Shown piece by piece: positions 36,801-45,313 of a stretch of DNA of 64,000 nucleotides. The stretch is from an archaeon. Its GTDB lineage: Archaea > Nanobdellota > Nanobdellia > Pacearchaeales > GW2011-AR1. Numbering within the stretch: the first letter of the stretch is position 1; each line of letters begins with the position of its first letter. A model generated the notes under the pieces. The model was not told the DNA's origin. It saw only the letters and a program-made list of their open reading frames with translations, and did no database searches. A program made the position numbers and the translations under genes. The stretch is from contig JBDRNU010000025.1 in NCBI GenBank assembly GCA_043810775.1, positions 59,153 to 123,152 of the forward strand, given 5' to 3'.

Positions 36801-38474
36801 GTGGATGAATATTTATATTATAATCAGGATGTGAATAGATTTGCAGGATATAGATTTGATGCGATTATGGGAGAAGCAGAAGTTGTTGATAATTTTGGTA
36901 ATGGGCAGAGGACTATAACTGAACCTGCATTCAAGACTTTTATTGATTATTATGTATATGATTTATTTCCTGCATTGAAATTAGCAGACCCTGAAATAAA
37001 ATTACTAGTCAACCCTCCATTTATCTTACAAACCGGTGATTTAGGAGATGGTTATGGTGTAGGGGATAGACAGGCAGCAAAAGAAGAATATCCTTATTTC
37101 CATCTATATGATAGAAATTTATTGCCTTACTTACAGATGTTGACTAATAAGACTTTATTAAACATATATGGTAGGCATCATGATGGTCAGAGGGCCATGG
37201 TTTATAGATTACCTCTACCTGTTTATGAATTTGGAAATATGATGTTTGATGATAGAGAAATTTTCTTAGAAAAAACTAATGAGATTGCTTTTGAAAAAGG
37301 TGGTTTTGATGTTGTTGAAGAAACAATCTTGTATCCTGGAGGGAATGAAATAATCCCTTATAATTCTTATGAATTAGTCTTGCTAGGAAAATTAAAAACA
37401 ACTGATGATGGAAGTGAGTATTTATTTATAGGGTCTTTTAACAAAAATTTGAATTTTACATATTCAAATATTTCTAGTATTTATTTTATGCAAGGCAAAA
37501 ATATCACAAATGCAGTTGATAATTCTGGAATTAAAGAAATAAGTGCAGAGATTCTTGCAGATGGTTTAATAATAGCAAGCCCTGTTCCTTTAAATGTAGT
37601 TAGTGACAATGAGGTTAATTTAAGAGTTTATAGTTATACTCAAGAAAAAGTTAATCTTAATATTGATGGAACAGGTAATCTAACACTAGAATTTAAGGAG
37701 CTTTTACCTAGCGCAAAATATAATGTAACTGCTACAACAAACTATTCTTCTAATACTAATGTAAATGGAGATTTATTATTTGATATTGAATTAACTGAGG
37801 AGGTATTTATTGAACTTGTTTTAGATTCAGAACTTCCTCAAGAAACATGCTCTGATGGAATTCAGAACCAGGGGGAGACAGGAGTTGATTGTGGAGGTCC
37901 TTGTATAGCCTGTTCTAGTGATGATGATTCTAGCGGAGATGATAGTAGTGGGGGTGGCGGAGGTCCTAGTTTTCCTCCTGGGAATGTAACTACTCCTACA
38001 AATCAGTCTCAGACTAATATTACTATACCTGAAGGAATTGAGTGCATTCCTGGAACTTGTAATTTTACTAGCAAGATGCACTGCTCTGATTTTGGGTACT
38101 GGGTTGAAGAAGAGTATTGCAGTTATTGTGAAGATGATGTATGCCAGAAGGATTATTGCGGTGATGGGATATGCCAAAAGTACTTAGATGAGGATTTTAG
38201 AAGCTGTATGGCAGACTGCAAAACAGACTTAATAGTTCCAATTATTTCTGCAATAATTATCTTTACTATAATATTGTTTAATGTAATCTCTATTGTAAGG
38301 TCTAAGCCAAAAACTAAATTTATTACTTCAAAAGACACTAAATATTTTAATGTATTAAAACCATTTTTAGAAAAAGCTATTCAAAAAGGGTATAAAAAAG
38401 AGCAGATTAGAAAATTACTGCTTGAAAAGAAGTGGCCTAAAGATATTGTTGATAAGGCGCTAAGGGTATTATAA
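30834..38474 (+). CDS. Giant cell-surface protein: two parallel beta-helix domains, Cys/Asp-rich repeats, LamG, putative glycoside hydrolase-like barrel, C-terminal TM anchor
   Basis: N-term TM; 2x Y.ATDGLDTNAGT..PGDVVYLRGG.Y; DNDGD and DDDCDG motifs; LamG (YSFD..GKLNGAYSFNG..GDIDEVGIWNRAL); AGYRFDAI; TM near C-term. Confidence 0.8.
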   Translation: MQKRGVSEKLVVIVIIGICLVALYFLVNNPYTAQVISGNVVSDGGRSGGVVERGISGFSIFEWVSSLFGGGEEVMLQPAPICEATGPGECFYVATDGLDTNAGTFDFPFGTLKRAIQGIGPGDVVYLRGGVYNATQRIDGCGDSGGWGTHNCFAYINNKDGAFQDWIKIKSYPGEKAILDQGMYNEVPTNPNIQIDYSSYFIIEDLELKNGYGANLMDDSNHDMIYRNLEVHGKRGGYELSGGFVVSGPLYNYVIENNLIYDNLWGAGNSMCSMNIVELLLGGSDIEGRGGRNITVRNNLVKNGCTGIRTKHSDSGPLYIYNNTIINMTDNHGGGWGIGTIDWHNVYISRNLIKDVTFGLGKAFWGSPMYTNQNVTYEYNTVYNCAQAGFEFYSGGNVTLRNNIFYECTSNSPGPFSFYSYFNDIPTNPDDIDTDYNCIYHTTSIPYFVGEGWNAQVWDYPYARDNWGYDAHSVMWQNPQILSTTYGSPDFLRPASGSPCIDMGYYAGEAPPAPICEATGSGQCYYIATDGLDTNAGTFDEPFLTLDHAITLIGPGDVVYLRGGTYDATQRIGDCLGGVNNCFAAINNKHGTETDWITIKSYPGEWAILDQGHYCYNGMAMNPCMEIHSSSFMKIESFELKNGHGSTLGGGENHDMIFRDLEIHGTRSVAGSFGEPCVADIKSGFVMGLNGPSSDNYLIENNKIYDNIMGIGGPACAVNVAEIHLGSDDQVTSGNNITIRNNLIMNGCEGIRQKHSGGGPVYIYNNTIINMTWGCGISNIGFDNTYVYRNLLYNVRRGMENGFFSGRGHSKNNLFEYNTIYCRPDSTAGFDFWSGDNLTVRRNIFVNCNGGAEDIRFYTVMTGYVPDNTFVNLSTDENCIYHTTNVNDYVFKDYVKYNYIYARDNWGYDVNSVMWQNPQILSTTYGSPDFLRPASGSPCIDMGYYAGEAPIQTCDEQLGNTCTSTQECDGSWTAASDTSYCCLGTCVDCTDIDGDTYNIEGGVCGLVDCNDTNEYINPGSSQPNCDCVGTPEVSEVGLCTNTIDDDCDGLTDCVDDDCSIDANCVCTDNDGDNYGVGGGCLGTDCDDNNINVWGLVSCNYDGASCGNYNLCLIACPTPPAENCSNTIDDDCDGLGDASDPDCGASTLTTGLEAYYSFDVDANDDTGNGHNGVVTGATHLISSGKLNGAYSFNGPSLSNCINIADFYVPEITISAWVWKDSSYTATGYAGIVSKWDNDYFMGITNGMYSFWLTPGVTIDTSITFPNDVWTHVVMTKNATTFRVYRNGVEFGAPFPVLSSGSIVDGSHIINIGCNDYASSFFGGDIDEVGIWNRALDASEVSQLYNGGVGLNPLESGPECVIDSPDCDYLDGNSCSGTDFMDDNGVCNVGVCEVSSTLNQACDDGAFCNGAETCDSVAGCLAGSNPCLGQSCDEIGDFCYFPCTLDTATWNPTGLVDEGTLMTLEVTGTNCDGETINFEIWEDDLINGEDASDDPVINNPLSVTFSGTTATGTWTAEYQDDVVGNPEYYFIAEVDSNPSETITSASDLQVQEIVAPYCGDLTCNGDEICGDTDNAPECNTDCDVCGTEETIENLTSDNFKFRLYHNTPGEFGVEVYNGTDLLFDNLVMDLSVPFEEYYSDYSDDYIVKKYNGTYFQYKFNVTMNISLAGGDKLTIYSDIRQENPSLSSIALQPTLFDFIIQRDEDMPYRFSPIDFTDMMAMGPVDYTSEWIGNCREIYAPSIGAFSDNLGIVATQIAPDFLNYEQDICLGYKRKLGDNDLVKIHHSFYDTSTDNFGVLNLSSGIPEYFGYIIEPFYLNEVRLNPRIPDADAMKVMSISADHVKEYIFTSESQNTYDINGNVVGYIQPFNNDSADKFVDIGTVATESQFRDSVFEDCGPHPGGISCVSEDGAGGLSQNMIENVTGFSQKGIDIFAYVNIGVLKNSSTELFEKYNGCLAKNSTGDFYINSFFPTSHEIDYRNSTCREWIKNKMVDEYLYYNQDVNRFAGYRFDAIMGEAEVVDNFGNGQRTITEPAFKTFIDYYVYDLFPALKLADPEIKLLVNPPFILQTGDLGDGYGVGDRQAAKEEYPYFHLYDRNLLPYLQMLTNKTLLNIYGRHHDGQRAMVYRLPLPVYEFGNMMFDDREIFLEKTNEIAFEKGGFDVVEETILYPGGNEIIPYNSYELVLLGKLKTTDDGSEYLFIGSFNKNLNFTYSNISSIYFMQGKNITNAVDNSGIKEISAEILADGLIIASPVPLNVVSDNEVNLRVYSYTQEKVNLNIDGTGNLTLEFKELLPSAKYNVTATTNYSSNTNVNGDLLFDIELTEEVFIELVLDSELPQETCSDGIQNQGETGVDCGGPCIACSSDDDSSGDDSSGGGGGPSFPPGNVTTPTNQSQTNITIPEGIECIPGTCNFTSKMHCSDFGYWVEEEYCSYCEDDVCQKDYCGDGICQKYLDEDFRSCMADCKTDLIVPIISAIIIFTIILFNVISIVRSKPKTKFITSKDTKYFNVLKPFLEKAIQKGYKKEQIRKLLLEKKWPKDIVDKALRVL
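31065..33683 (+). repeat. Tandem ~1.3 kb internal duplication (31065-32366 / 32367-33683)
   Basis: Both units start PAPICEATG and end WQNPQILSTTYGSPDFLRPASGSPCIDMGYYAGEAP with near-identical DNA. Confidence 0.85.
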
Positions 38475-39286
38475 TGAGAAAGTGTGTAGTAGCTGGCCAG
38501 TTTTATCCAAAAGACAAGGATGAGCTAATGGAAATTATTGATATTTTTCTTAGTGAGGTTCAAAGCGTTGAGAGACATAAGATAATTGGGGGAGTAGTAC
38601 CTCATGCAGGTTATATATTTTCAGGCAAGACTGCTGGTTACTTTTTTAAGAGTTTAATTGATAGTAATTTTGACACTTTTATTATTCTTGGGACTAATCA
38701 TTCTGGTTTAGGTGATAAAATTGCACTAAGTTTGGAAGATTTTGAAACTCCATTAGGAATAGTTAAAAATGATAAGAAGCTAAGTGAAGAGCTACTAAAG
38801 TATTTTAAGCTAAATGAACAGGCCCACAAGTCAGAACATAGTATTGAGGTTCAGCTTCCTTTTTTGCAAGTTGTCAAGAAAAAATTTACATTTGTTCCGA
38901 TTTTAGTAAAAGACTTGAATTTAGAAGATATAAAAGATTATTCTGAAAAAATAGCTAGCTCTATTGGAAGGCATAGTGGCAAGGTTTGCATAATTGCTAG
39001 CAGTGATTTTACTCATTATGGGCGAGTTTATGGATTTACTAGCAAGGAGGATATAAAAACTATTGATAAGAGGGTAATTGATAAGATTTTAGAGTATAGT
39101 GTTGGCGGTTTTTTAAAAGAAGCTGGCAAAACTAGTGTTTGTGGCAAGGATGCTATTGCTTTATGTATGGAAGTTTGCATGAGGCTTGGCTCGAAAAAGG
39201 CCAAGGAACTGAAGTATTCTACTTCTGCTGAAGTTTCTGGAGATAAAAATATAGAAGTGGGATATGCTAGTCTAGTGTTTGTATAG
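38474..39286 (+). CDS. amrB: MEMO1 family / AmmeMemoRadiSam system protein B
   Basis: VAGQFYP, PHAGYIFSG, EHSIEVQLPFLQ, ASSDFTHYG, VGYAS. Confidence 0.9.
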   Translation: MRKCVVAGQFYPKDKDELMEIIDIFLSEVQSVERHKIIGGVVPHAGYIFSGKTAGYFFKSLIDSNFDTFIILGTNHSGLGDKIALSLEDFETPLGIVKNDKKLSEELLKYFKLNEQAHKSEHSIEVQLPFLQVVKKKFTFVPILVKDLNLEDIKDYSEKIASSIGRHSGKVCIIASSDFTHYGRVYGFTSKEDIKTIDKRVIDKILEYSVGGFLKEAGKTSVCGKDAIALCMEVCMRLGSKKAKELKYSTSAEVSGDKNIEVGYASLVFV

Positions 39287-39719
39287 ATTTCTTAGCTAAG
39301 TCTGTGCCCAATCCAAGAGTTAAAAGCAAAGCTCGAGCATTATGTTCATCCTTATAATTAATAATTTTTAAACTAGCTTTATATTTTTTAATTAGCTTTA
39401 GATTTTGCATTACACGAGCGAGAATTTTTGCTCTTTCTTGATATTTATTTCTTAGTATTTCATTAAAGTCCAAGATAAGGGTGATGTTATTATCGCGAGC
39501 TATCTTGCATAGAACTTGGTTTAATCCAGAATCTCGCTGTTTTAGCTTATCGTGTTTATTTTCATGATTTAAGATTAAGGCTGAAACTTTCTTATTTTCA
39601 AGAATCTTGCGATTAAACTCTATATCTTTTCCTTGCACTATAACTTTTTCTTTTTTTGAAGAAATTTTATCAATTTGCTTTCTTGCTTGATTTATATTAG
39701 AAGAATCTATAATTTCCAT
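39267..39719 (-). CDS. rnp3: RNase P protein subunit Rpp30 (compact)
   Basis: FNRKILE, KQRDSGLNQVLCKIA, RAKILARVMQNLKL. Confidence 0.7.
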   Translation of the reverse strand: MEIIDSSNINQARKQIDKISSKKEKVIVQGKDIEFNRKILENKKVSALILNHENKHDKLKQRDSGLNQVLCKIARDNNITLILDFNEILRNKYQERAKILARVMQNLKLIKKYKASLKIINYKDEHNARALLLTLGLGTDLAKKSIQTLD

Positions 39720-40403
39720 TTATCTTGATATTGTTGTACCTTTAAATTTCTTATTATTTAGGAAATTATCTAAATTTTTAAGATCTAGTCCAAAAATATA
39801 AGCTGGAATTTTGTTATCGCGGATTATCTTAGCTGAAGTCTGGTCTAGGGGAAAATGCTGTCCCGGCTTGAATGCGAACTTGTTCACCATTTTATAAAAA
39901 TCCTCCCAGGATATTTCAGATATAAATTTTGCATTTTTGAATTTCTGAGGATTTTTATCATATAATCCCTGAACATTAGTTATATTTATAAAAATTGTAT
40001 TAAAATATGCAGCTATTTCGCAAGCAGTTGAATCAGTTGTCTGCTTAACTTTATAGCCAAGGGCGCCACAAATTGCAATATCTTGTTTTTTAATCAGTTT
40101 CTTTAGCTTCTTCATTGTAGTAGGAATAACCTGTTCTGGGTCTTGATTGAAGTAAACTGAGACAAATTTAGCATTTGCCCGAGTAGCAGCTATTCCTGCT
40201 GTACTTTGAATTTTATATGAGTTATTTTTTAAAGCTGAAATATATTTTCTTGCAAGGCTTCCTCCTCCAGTTACTAAAATGAACTTGTAATTTTTAGTGT
40301 TTTTATTTATTATTTTCTTAAATTTTTCCAGGAAGTTTGAATTAACTTCGTCTGGAATAATCATGCTTCCCCCAAGACTTATTACTATTATCCTCCTTTT
40401 CAT
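39720..40403 (-). CDS. pyrH: UMP kinase (archaeal type)
   Basis: VISLGGS, VTGGGSLARKY, GIAATRANA, TTDS, TNVQGLYDKNP; likely ATG 40403 (track start 40424). Confidence 0.92.
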   Translation of the reverse strand: MKRRIIVISLGGSMIIPDEVNSNFLEKFKKIINKNTKNYKFILVTGGGSLARKYISALKNNSYKIQSTAGIAATRANAKFVSVYFNQDPEQVIPTTMKKLKKLIKKQDIAICGALGYKVKQTTDSTACEIAAYFNTIFINITNVQGLYDKNPQKFKNAKFISEISWEDFYKMVNKFAFKPGQHFPLDQTSAKIIRDNKIPAYIFGLDLKNLDNFLNNKKFKGTTISR

Positions 40404-40404
40404 G

Positions 40405-40767
40405 TTATTTAGATTTGTAACCAAATATTCTATTATAATCTTTATGATTTGTGATATTTAGTATAAAGCAAATTACGTCAATTTCATCTCCTTTAATTGT
40501 ATAGATCATTCTCCAAAAATTTGTTAATTCAACTCGCCATAAATTTGAAACATTAAATTTTTTAGGTATTAGCTCTTTCTTAATATTATCCCCATAAAAT
40601 GGATTTTCTTTAATTAATTCTACTTTATTTTTAATTGATTTAAATAGTTGCATCTCTTGTGAATTTGTTTTTCCAGATTCTAATTGCTTTCCTACAATTT
40701 CATTTAATTTTATAAATGATTCTTTTGCATCGTCCAGTAAAATTACTTTTACTGGCTTGTTTATCAT
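40405..40767 (-). CDS. RelE-like toxin
   Basis: ENPFYGDNI..NLWRVEL..WRMIYTI..HKDYNRIFGY; paired with small upstream HTH gene. Confidence 0.6.
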   Translation of the reverse strand: MINKPVKVILLDDAKESFIKLNEIVGKQLESGKTNSQEMQLFKSIKNKVELIKENPFYGDNIKKELIPKKFNVSNLWRVELTNFWRMIYTIKGDEIDVICFILNITNHKDYNRIFGYKSK

Positions 40768-41036
40768 ATTTCCAAACCTCTTTTTATCAGTTTATTAAGC
40801 TCTTCTCTTGGTGTATAAATCCAGACAACCCCTTTTGTTGATATTAAAATTTTTCCACTTATTTGCAAATAATCAATAATTTTGAGCAGGGTTGAATGCA
40901 TTATCTTTTTTGGAAGCCTTCTTTTTAATTCTGCTATAGATATTACTTCTTTTGCATTTCTTAATTCTTTTTCAACCATTAAAACAGTGTTTAAAGTTGG
41001 GGAGTGTTCAATTTTGTTTATTATTTCTTGTTTCAT
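40764..41036 (-). CDS. Winged-helix putative antitoxin
   Basis: SPTLNTVLMVE..ELKRRLPKK..IIDYL..SGKI; ATGA overlap with the toxin-like gene. Confidence 0.55.
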   Translation of the reverse strand: MKQEIINKIEHSPTLNTVLMVEKELRNAKEVISIAELKRRLPKKIMHSTLLKIIDYLQISGKILISTKGVVWIYTPREELNKLIKRGLEI

Positions 41037-41131
41037 ACAGTGTATTATTTATATAATTTAGATATATTTATATACCTTTTAAATATATAAATGTTTCTGT
41101 TTCAAAACTTCAGTAGTAAAACATTTGTATC

Positions 41132-41422
41132 TCATTTAATTGTAAATAGCTTACTGTCTTGTACATTGAATATACCTAGCCTAGCTCCAGAGTCAAGCCA
41201 GCCGTGGGCGTAGTTAATAGAGGCAAAGGCATTAACGTAATGGCCTTGTTTTTCAAAATAGTGAGCGTCTTGCAAGTAATTAGATACCATTTCAATAATC
41301 TCACGAGCTTCACTTTCCTTTCCTTTAATTATTGATTTTTTAGCTATTTTAAGTGCTTCTTCAGTTACAGAAAAGTATTTCTTAAGCCTTCTATTACAGA
41401 TTAGATTTATTTTCCTTTCCAT
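41132..41422 (-). CDS. DUF357 domain protein
   Basis: YLQDAHYF..VNAFASINYAHGWLDSGARLG. Confidence 0.85.
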   Translation of the reverse strand: MERKINLICNRRLKKYFSVTEEALKIAKKSIIKGKESEAREIIEMVSNYLQDAHYFEKQGHYVNAFASINYAHGWLDSGARLGIFNVQDSKLFTIK

Positions 41423-41472
41423 ATATATTATATCTTAATAATATATATAAATCTCACTATATTTGCCTAAAC

Positions 41473-42567
41473 ATGCTAAAAAATAAGGTTAAAGTATCTG
41501 TTATACTGCCTGTTAGAGATGAAGAACAAGCTATTCAATCATGTGTTGAGCAGATAAAGCAAGTTTTTAAGGAGAGCAAGATTAGCGGGGAGATTATTGT
41601 TTCTGATTCTTCGAGAGATAGGAGCCATGAAATTGCTGAAAAACTGGGTGTTAAAATAGTAAAGCATAATAAAGAGGGCTATGGTGCTGCTTATCAAGAG
41701 GGTTTTAAGTCTGCTGATGGAAAGTATATATTTATGGCAGATGCAGATGGAAGTTATGATTTTAGGAATATTCCTAAGTTTTTAAGCTGTTTAGATGAGG
41801 GTTATGACTTAGTTATTGGAAATAGATTTAGGGGGCATATTCATAAGGGGGCAATGCCTTTTTTTAGAAGATATATTGGAAATCCTGTTCTTTCTTCTAT
41901 GTTTAGATTATTCTTTAGTTCAAATATTGGTGATGTTCACTGTGGAATGAGGGCTATGACTAGAGAGGCACTGGAAAAACTTAATTTAAGGACTATTGGA
42001 ATGGAATATGCTTCTGAGATGATTATTAGGTCTGTAAATATGAAGTTAAAAATTTGGGAAGTCCCTATTAATTATTATAAAAGGAAGGGAAAGTCAAAAT
42101 TAAGGATTTTTAGTGATGGTTGGAGGCACTTAAGATTTATGCTGATGTTTGCTCCAGCTTATTTATTTTTAGTTCCAGGATTAATGTTTTTTTTGTTAGG
42201 ATTATTGTTTTTTGAATTTTTATTTTTTGAGTATGGAAGACTGGTTATATTAGGAAGTTTTTTTGTTATATTAGGGTATCAGATAATTAGTTTGGGTTTG
42301 TATGCTAAGGCTTATATGAAATCAACTGGCTTTATTGAGTCTGATAGATTACTTGATTTTATTGCAAGGACTATTAGCTTTGAAATAGGTATATATTTAG
42401 GTTTGGTATTTTTAGGAGCTAGTTTTATATTAGCTTTAGGATTTGTTGTTTTTTCAGGGAATTTAGACAATAATACTATTTTGATAGTATTGACTTTAGC
42501 TGTATTGGGGGTTCAGACTATCTTTTCTGCGTTTTTGCTAAGTATAATGTTAGTTGAAAAAAAATAA
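41473..42567 (+). CDS. GT2 glycosyltransferase (DPM synthase-like) with C-terminal TM helices
   Basis: SVILPV.DEE, GYGAA, MADADGSYD, DGWRHLRF. Confidence 0.9.
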   Translation: MLKNKVKVSVILPVRDEEQAIQSCVEQIKQVFKESKISGEIIVSDSSRDRSHEIAEKLGVKIVKHNKEGYGAAYQEGFKSADGKYIFMADADGSYDFRNIPKFLSCLDEGYDLVIGNRFRGHIHKGAMPFFRRYIGNPVLSSMFRLFFSSNIGDVHCGMRAMTREALEKLNLRTIGMEYASEMIIRSVNMKLKIWEVPINYYKRKGKSKLRIFSDGWRHLRFMLMFAPAYLFLVPGLMFFLLGLLFFEFLFFEYGRLVILGSFFVILGYQIISLGLYAKAYMKSTGFIESDRLLDFIARTISFEIGIYLGLVFLGASFILALGFVVFSGNLDNNTILIVLTLAVLGVQTIFSAFLLSIMLVEKK

Positions 42568-43306
42568 AATGATATTAGATGAGAAAATAGCTGTGGTGAC
42601 TGGGGGGGGAGGGGGTATTGGAAGAATTATATGTTTAGATTTAGCCAGGCATGGAGCGAGTGTGATTATTTTGGCAAGAAGCAGAAATGAAATTGAAAGA
42701 ACCAAAGAGTTAATTTTAAAGAATGAGGGGGCTGCTATTTCTTACGTTTGTGATGTTTCCAATGAAAAGGATGTTAAAAAAACAGTTTTGAAAATTGTCA
42801 AGAAATACGGGAAGATTGATATTTTAATTAACAATGCTGGAGTTAAATTTAAAAAAAGCTTGGTTGAAACTTCTTTAGAAGATTATGAGAGAATTATGAA
42901 TACAAATCTGAAAGGCACTTTTTTATTAAGCAAATATATCTTGCCATATATTCCTAAAAATGACAAAGGAGTTATTATAAATATTTCATCTGGTGCAGGA
43001 AAACTTGGCATAAAAGATTTGTCTGTTTATTGTGCTTCAAAGTTTGCAGTAATTGGCTTAACTGAAGCCCTGGCTTTAGAGTTGATTAGTAAAGTTAAAG
43101 TATATACTGTATGTCCTGGTGATGTTGAGCCATCTCCTTATCATAGCTTATCAAAAAAAATAAATCCTCACGCTATTTCTGAGAAAGTTGTAGAGTTAGC
43201 TAGTGGAAAGAGCAGGTTTCCAAGTGGGTTTTCAGTTGGAGTGTATAATCGGAGAGACTTTTGGCTTTATTTCAGAAGTAAAATTGCCTTGTTTTTTAAC
43301 AGATAA
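42554..43306 (+). CDS. SDR family NAD(P)-dependent oxidoreductase
   Basis: TGGGGGIG, INNAG, NISS, YCASK. Confidence 0.9.
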   Translation: MKKNKMILDEKIAVVTGGGGGIGRIICLDLARHGASVIILARSRNEIERTKELILKNEGAAISYVCDVSNEKDVKKTVLKIVKKYGKIDILINNAGVKFKKSLVETSLEDYERIMNTNLKGTFLLSKYILPYIPKNDKGVIINISSGAGKLGIKDLSVYCASKFAVIGLTEALALELISKVKVYTVCPGDVEPSPYHSLSKKINPHAISEKVVELASGKSRFPSGFSVGVYNRRDFWLYFRSKIALFFNR

Positions 43307-43307
43307 A

Positions 43308-44390
43308 ATGAAAATAGCTATTTTTCATAATTTTATGGATAATATCGGCGGAGCTGAAAAAGTAGATTTAATTTTAGCAAGAGAGCTAAAAGCAGATATA
43401 TACACTACTAATATTGATGCAAATAAGATTAAGAAAATGGGCTTTTCTACAGAAAATATATTTAGTATTGGTAAGATTCCTGTAAATGCTCCATTTAAGC
43501 AGGAGATGGCTTACAGGAAGTTTAGGAAGCTTGATTTAAGAAATAAATATGATTTTTATATTATAGGGGGGGATTGGGCAATGTCTTCTTCTTTGAACAA
43601 TAAACCAAATTTATGGTATGTTTATTCACCAATAAGAGAAATTTGGGATTTGTACAGATATACTAGGAGAAACACAGTTCCTTTTTATTGCAGGCCTTTT
43701 TTTGATTTATGGGCAGATTATCACAGGAAAATGAATATAAATAATATAAATCATGTCGATAAGATTGTTGCAATATCTGAAAATGTCAGAGATAGAATTA
43801 AAAAATATTTGAACAGGCAGGCAAGCGTGGTTTATCCGCCGACTGACACTAAAAAATTTAGATATAAAAAAAATGGAGATTTTTGGCTTTCTGTGAATAG
43901 GCTAATTAGCCATAAGAGAGTTGATATGCAGATAAGGGCGTTTAAAAAAATTCCTGAAGAAAAATTAGTAATTATTGGAAGCTATGAGATGTCTCGGCAT
44001 TTTCAAAAATATGCCAGTTATATTAAAAGAATAAAGCCTGTTAATGTAGATATTATCAGTTGGGTTGATGATGAGAGTTTAAGAGAGCTTTATTCCAATT
44101 GCAAGGGTTTTATTACGACTTCATTAAATGAGGATTATGGTATGAATGCTGTTGAAGCCATGGCTAGTGGAAAGCCAGTAATTGCTCCGGATGAAGGTGG
44201 ATATAAAGAGACTATGATTGGAGGTAAGACTGGAAAACTAATTGAAGATATTAATGAAGATAAGATTGTTAGTGCAGTAAAAGAAATTAGAGAGCATCCA
44301 AGAAAATATAAAGAAGACTGCCTGAAGCAAGCTAAAAAATTTGATGTTAAGATATTTATCAATAAAATGAAAAGAGAAATTCAAGCATGA
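43308..44390 (+). CDS. GT4 glycosyltransferase
   Basis: MKIAIFH..GGAEKV, EDYGMNAVEAMASGKPVIA; ATG 43308 preferred to track start 43203. Confidence 0.9.
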   Translation: MKIAIFHNFMDNIGGAEKVDLILARELKADIYTTNIDANKIKKMGFSTENIFSIGKIPVNAPFKQEMAYRKFRKLDLRNKYDFYIIGGDWAMSSSLNNKPNLWYVYSPIREIWDLYRYTRRNTVPFYCRPFFDLWADYHRKMNINNINHVDKIVAISENVRDRIKKYLNRQASVVYPPTDTKKFRYKKNGDFWLSVNRLISHKRVDMQIRAFKKIPEEKLVIIGSYEMSRHFQKYASYIKRIKPVNVDIISWVDDESLRELYSNCKGFITTSLNEDYGMNAVEAMASGKPVIAPDEGGYKETMIGGKTGKLIEDINEDKIVSAVKEIREHPRKYKEDCLKQAKKFDVKIFINKMKREIQA

Positions 44391-45302
44391 AAATAGCAAT
44401 TATGGGGTATGGGCGTTCTGGCACACTTTTACTGAATAAAATTCTGTCTGCTCACCCTAAGATTTTTTTCCCAAGTGATGAATTTGATAATTTTCCTTTT
44501 TTTTTACAGACATCAAAACATGTATAATAAGTATGGAAAGAAAAAATATGGAATTATTTCAAAAGATATACATAAAGGGTTGTGGCAGAGTACTTATTCA
44601 ATTGAAGCCCGTAACTTTAGGGAGTTTGTTGATAAGTTATGTTCAATATACTGCAGTGAGTCTAAAGCTGAGGTAATTGGAGTAAAAATTGCAGGAAATA
44701 TGAAGGATAATGTCAGCTTAATTAAAAATATTTTTCCTGATGCTTATTGCATTCATATTATAAGAGACCCTAGAGATATACTTGTTTCATTAAGAAAAGT
44801 TCCGTTTGAAACAAAAAGTGCTTATATATTGGGAAAAAACTGGATACAAACAATTAATGCAATTAGGCAGTTGAGAAAACTGCCCAATTATTATGAAATT
44901 AGGTATGAGTCTCTTTTAACTGATCCTGTTAAGGAAATTAAAGGCATTTGCAAGTTTCTTAATCTAAAGTATAATAAGAAAATGCTTGATTTTCATAAAA
45001 ATATAACTGGGAAGCATAGTTTTAACACTTTAATTAGAAATAAAATTGCAAAGGATAATACTGGTAAGTGGAAAAAAGTGTTAAGTAAAAAAGACTTGAA
45101 ATTATTATATTCAGTAGCAAGCAAAGATATGTTCAGTGAGGGTTATTTAGACAGAGTTTATTATATTCATATAGGTATTTTTGATAATATAAGCGAGTAT
45201 TTGAAAGATTTTATCAGAAAGCTGAGATATTTTGATTATGATTTGCCAAACAGAATATACCTTAAAGAGCTGTTATTTTTAAGAGGAATTGGGGTAAAAT
45301 AA
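44387..45302 (+). pseudogene. Sulfotransferase, split by a frameshift in a T9 tract (44497-44505)
   Basis: 5' frame MKIAIMGYGRSGTLLL..HP (PAPS motif) stops soon after the T9; the +1 frame has IIRDPRD, IRYESL; deleting one T fuses them. Confidence 0.8.
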
Positions 45303-45313
45303 GGGAGTTTATA

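Noticed and set aside
31830-42609. G8 tracts at 31830-31837 and 42602-42609 as phase-variation switches
   Set aside because: Both are in frame and encode Gly runs, one being the SDR TGGGGGIG motif; no evidence of slippage
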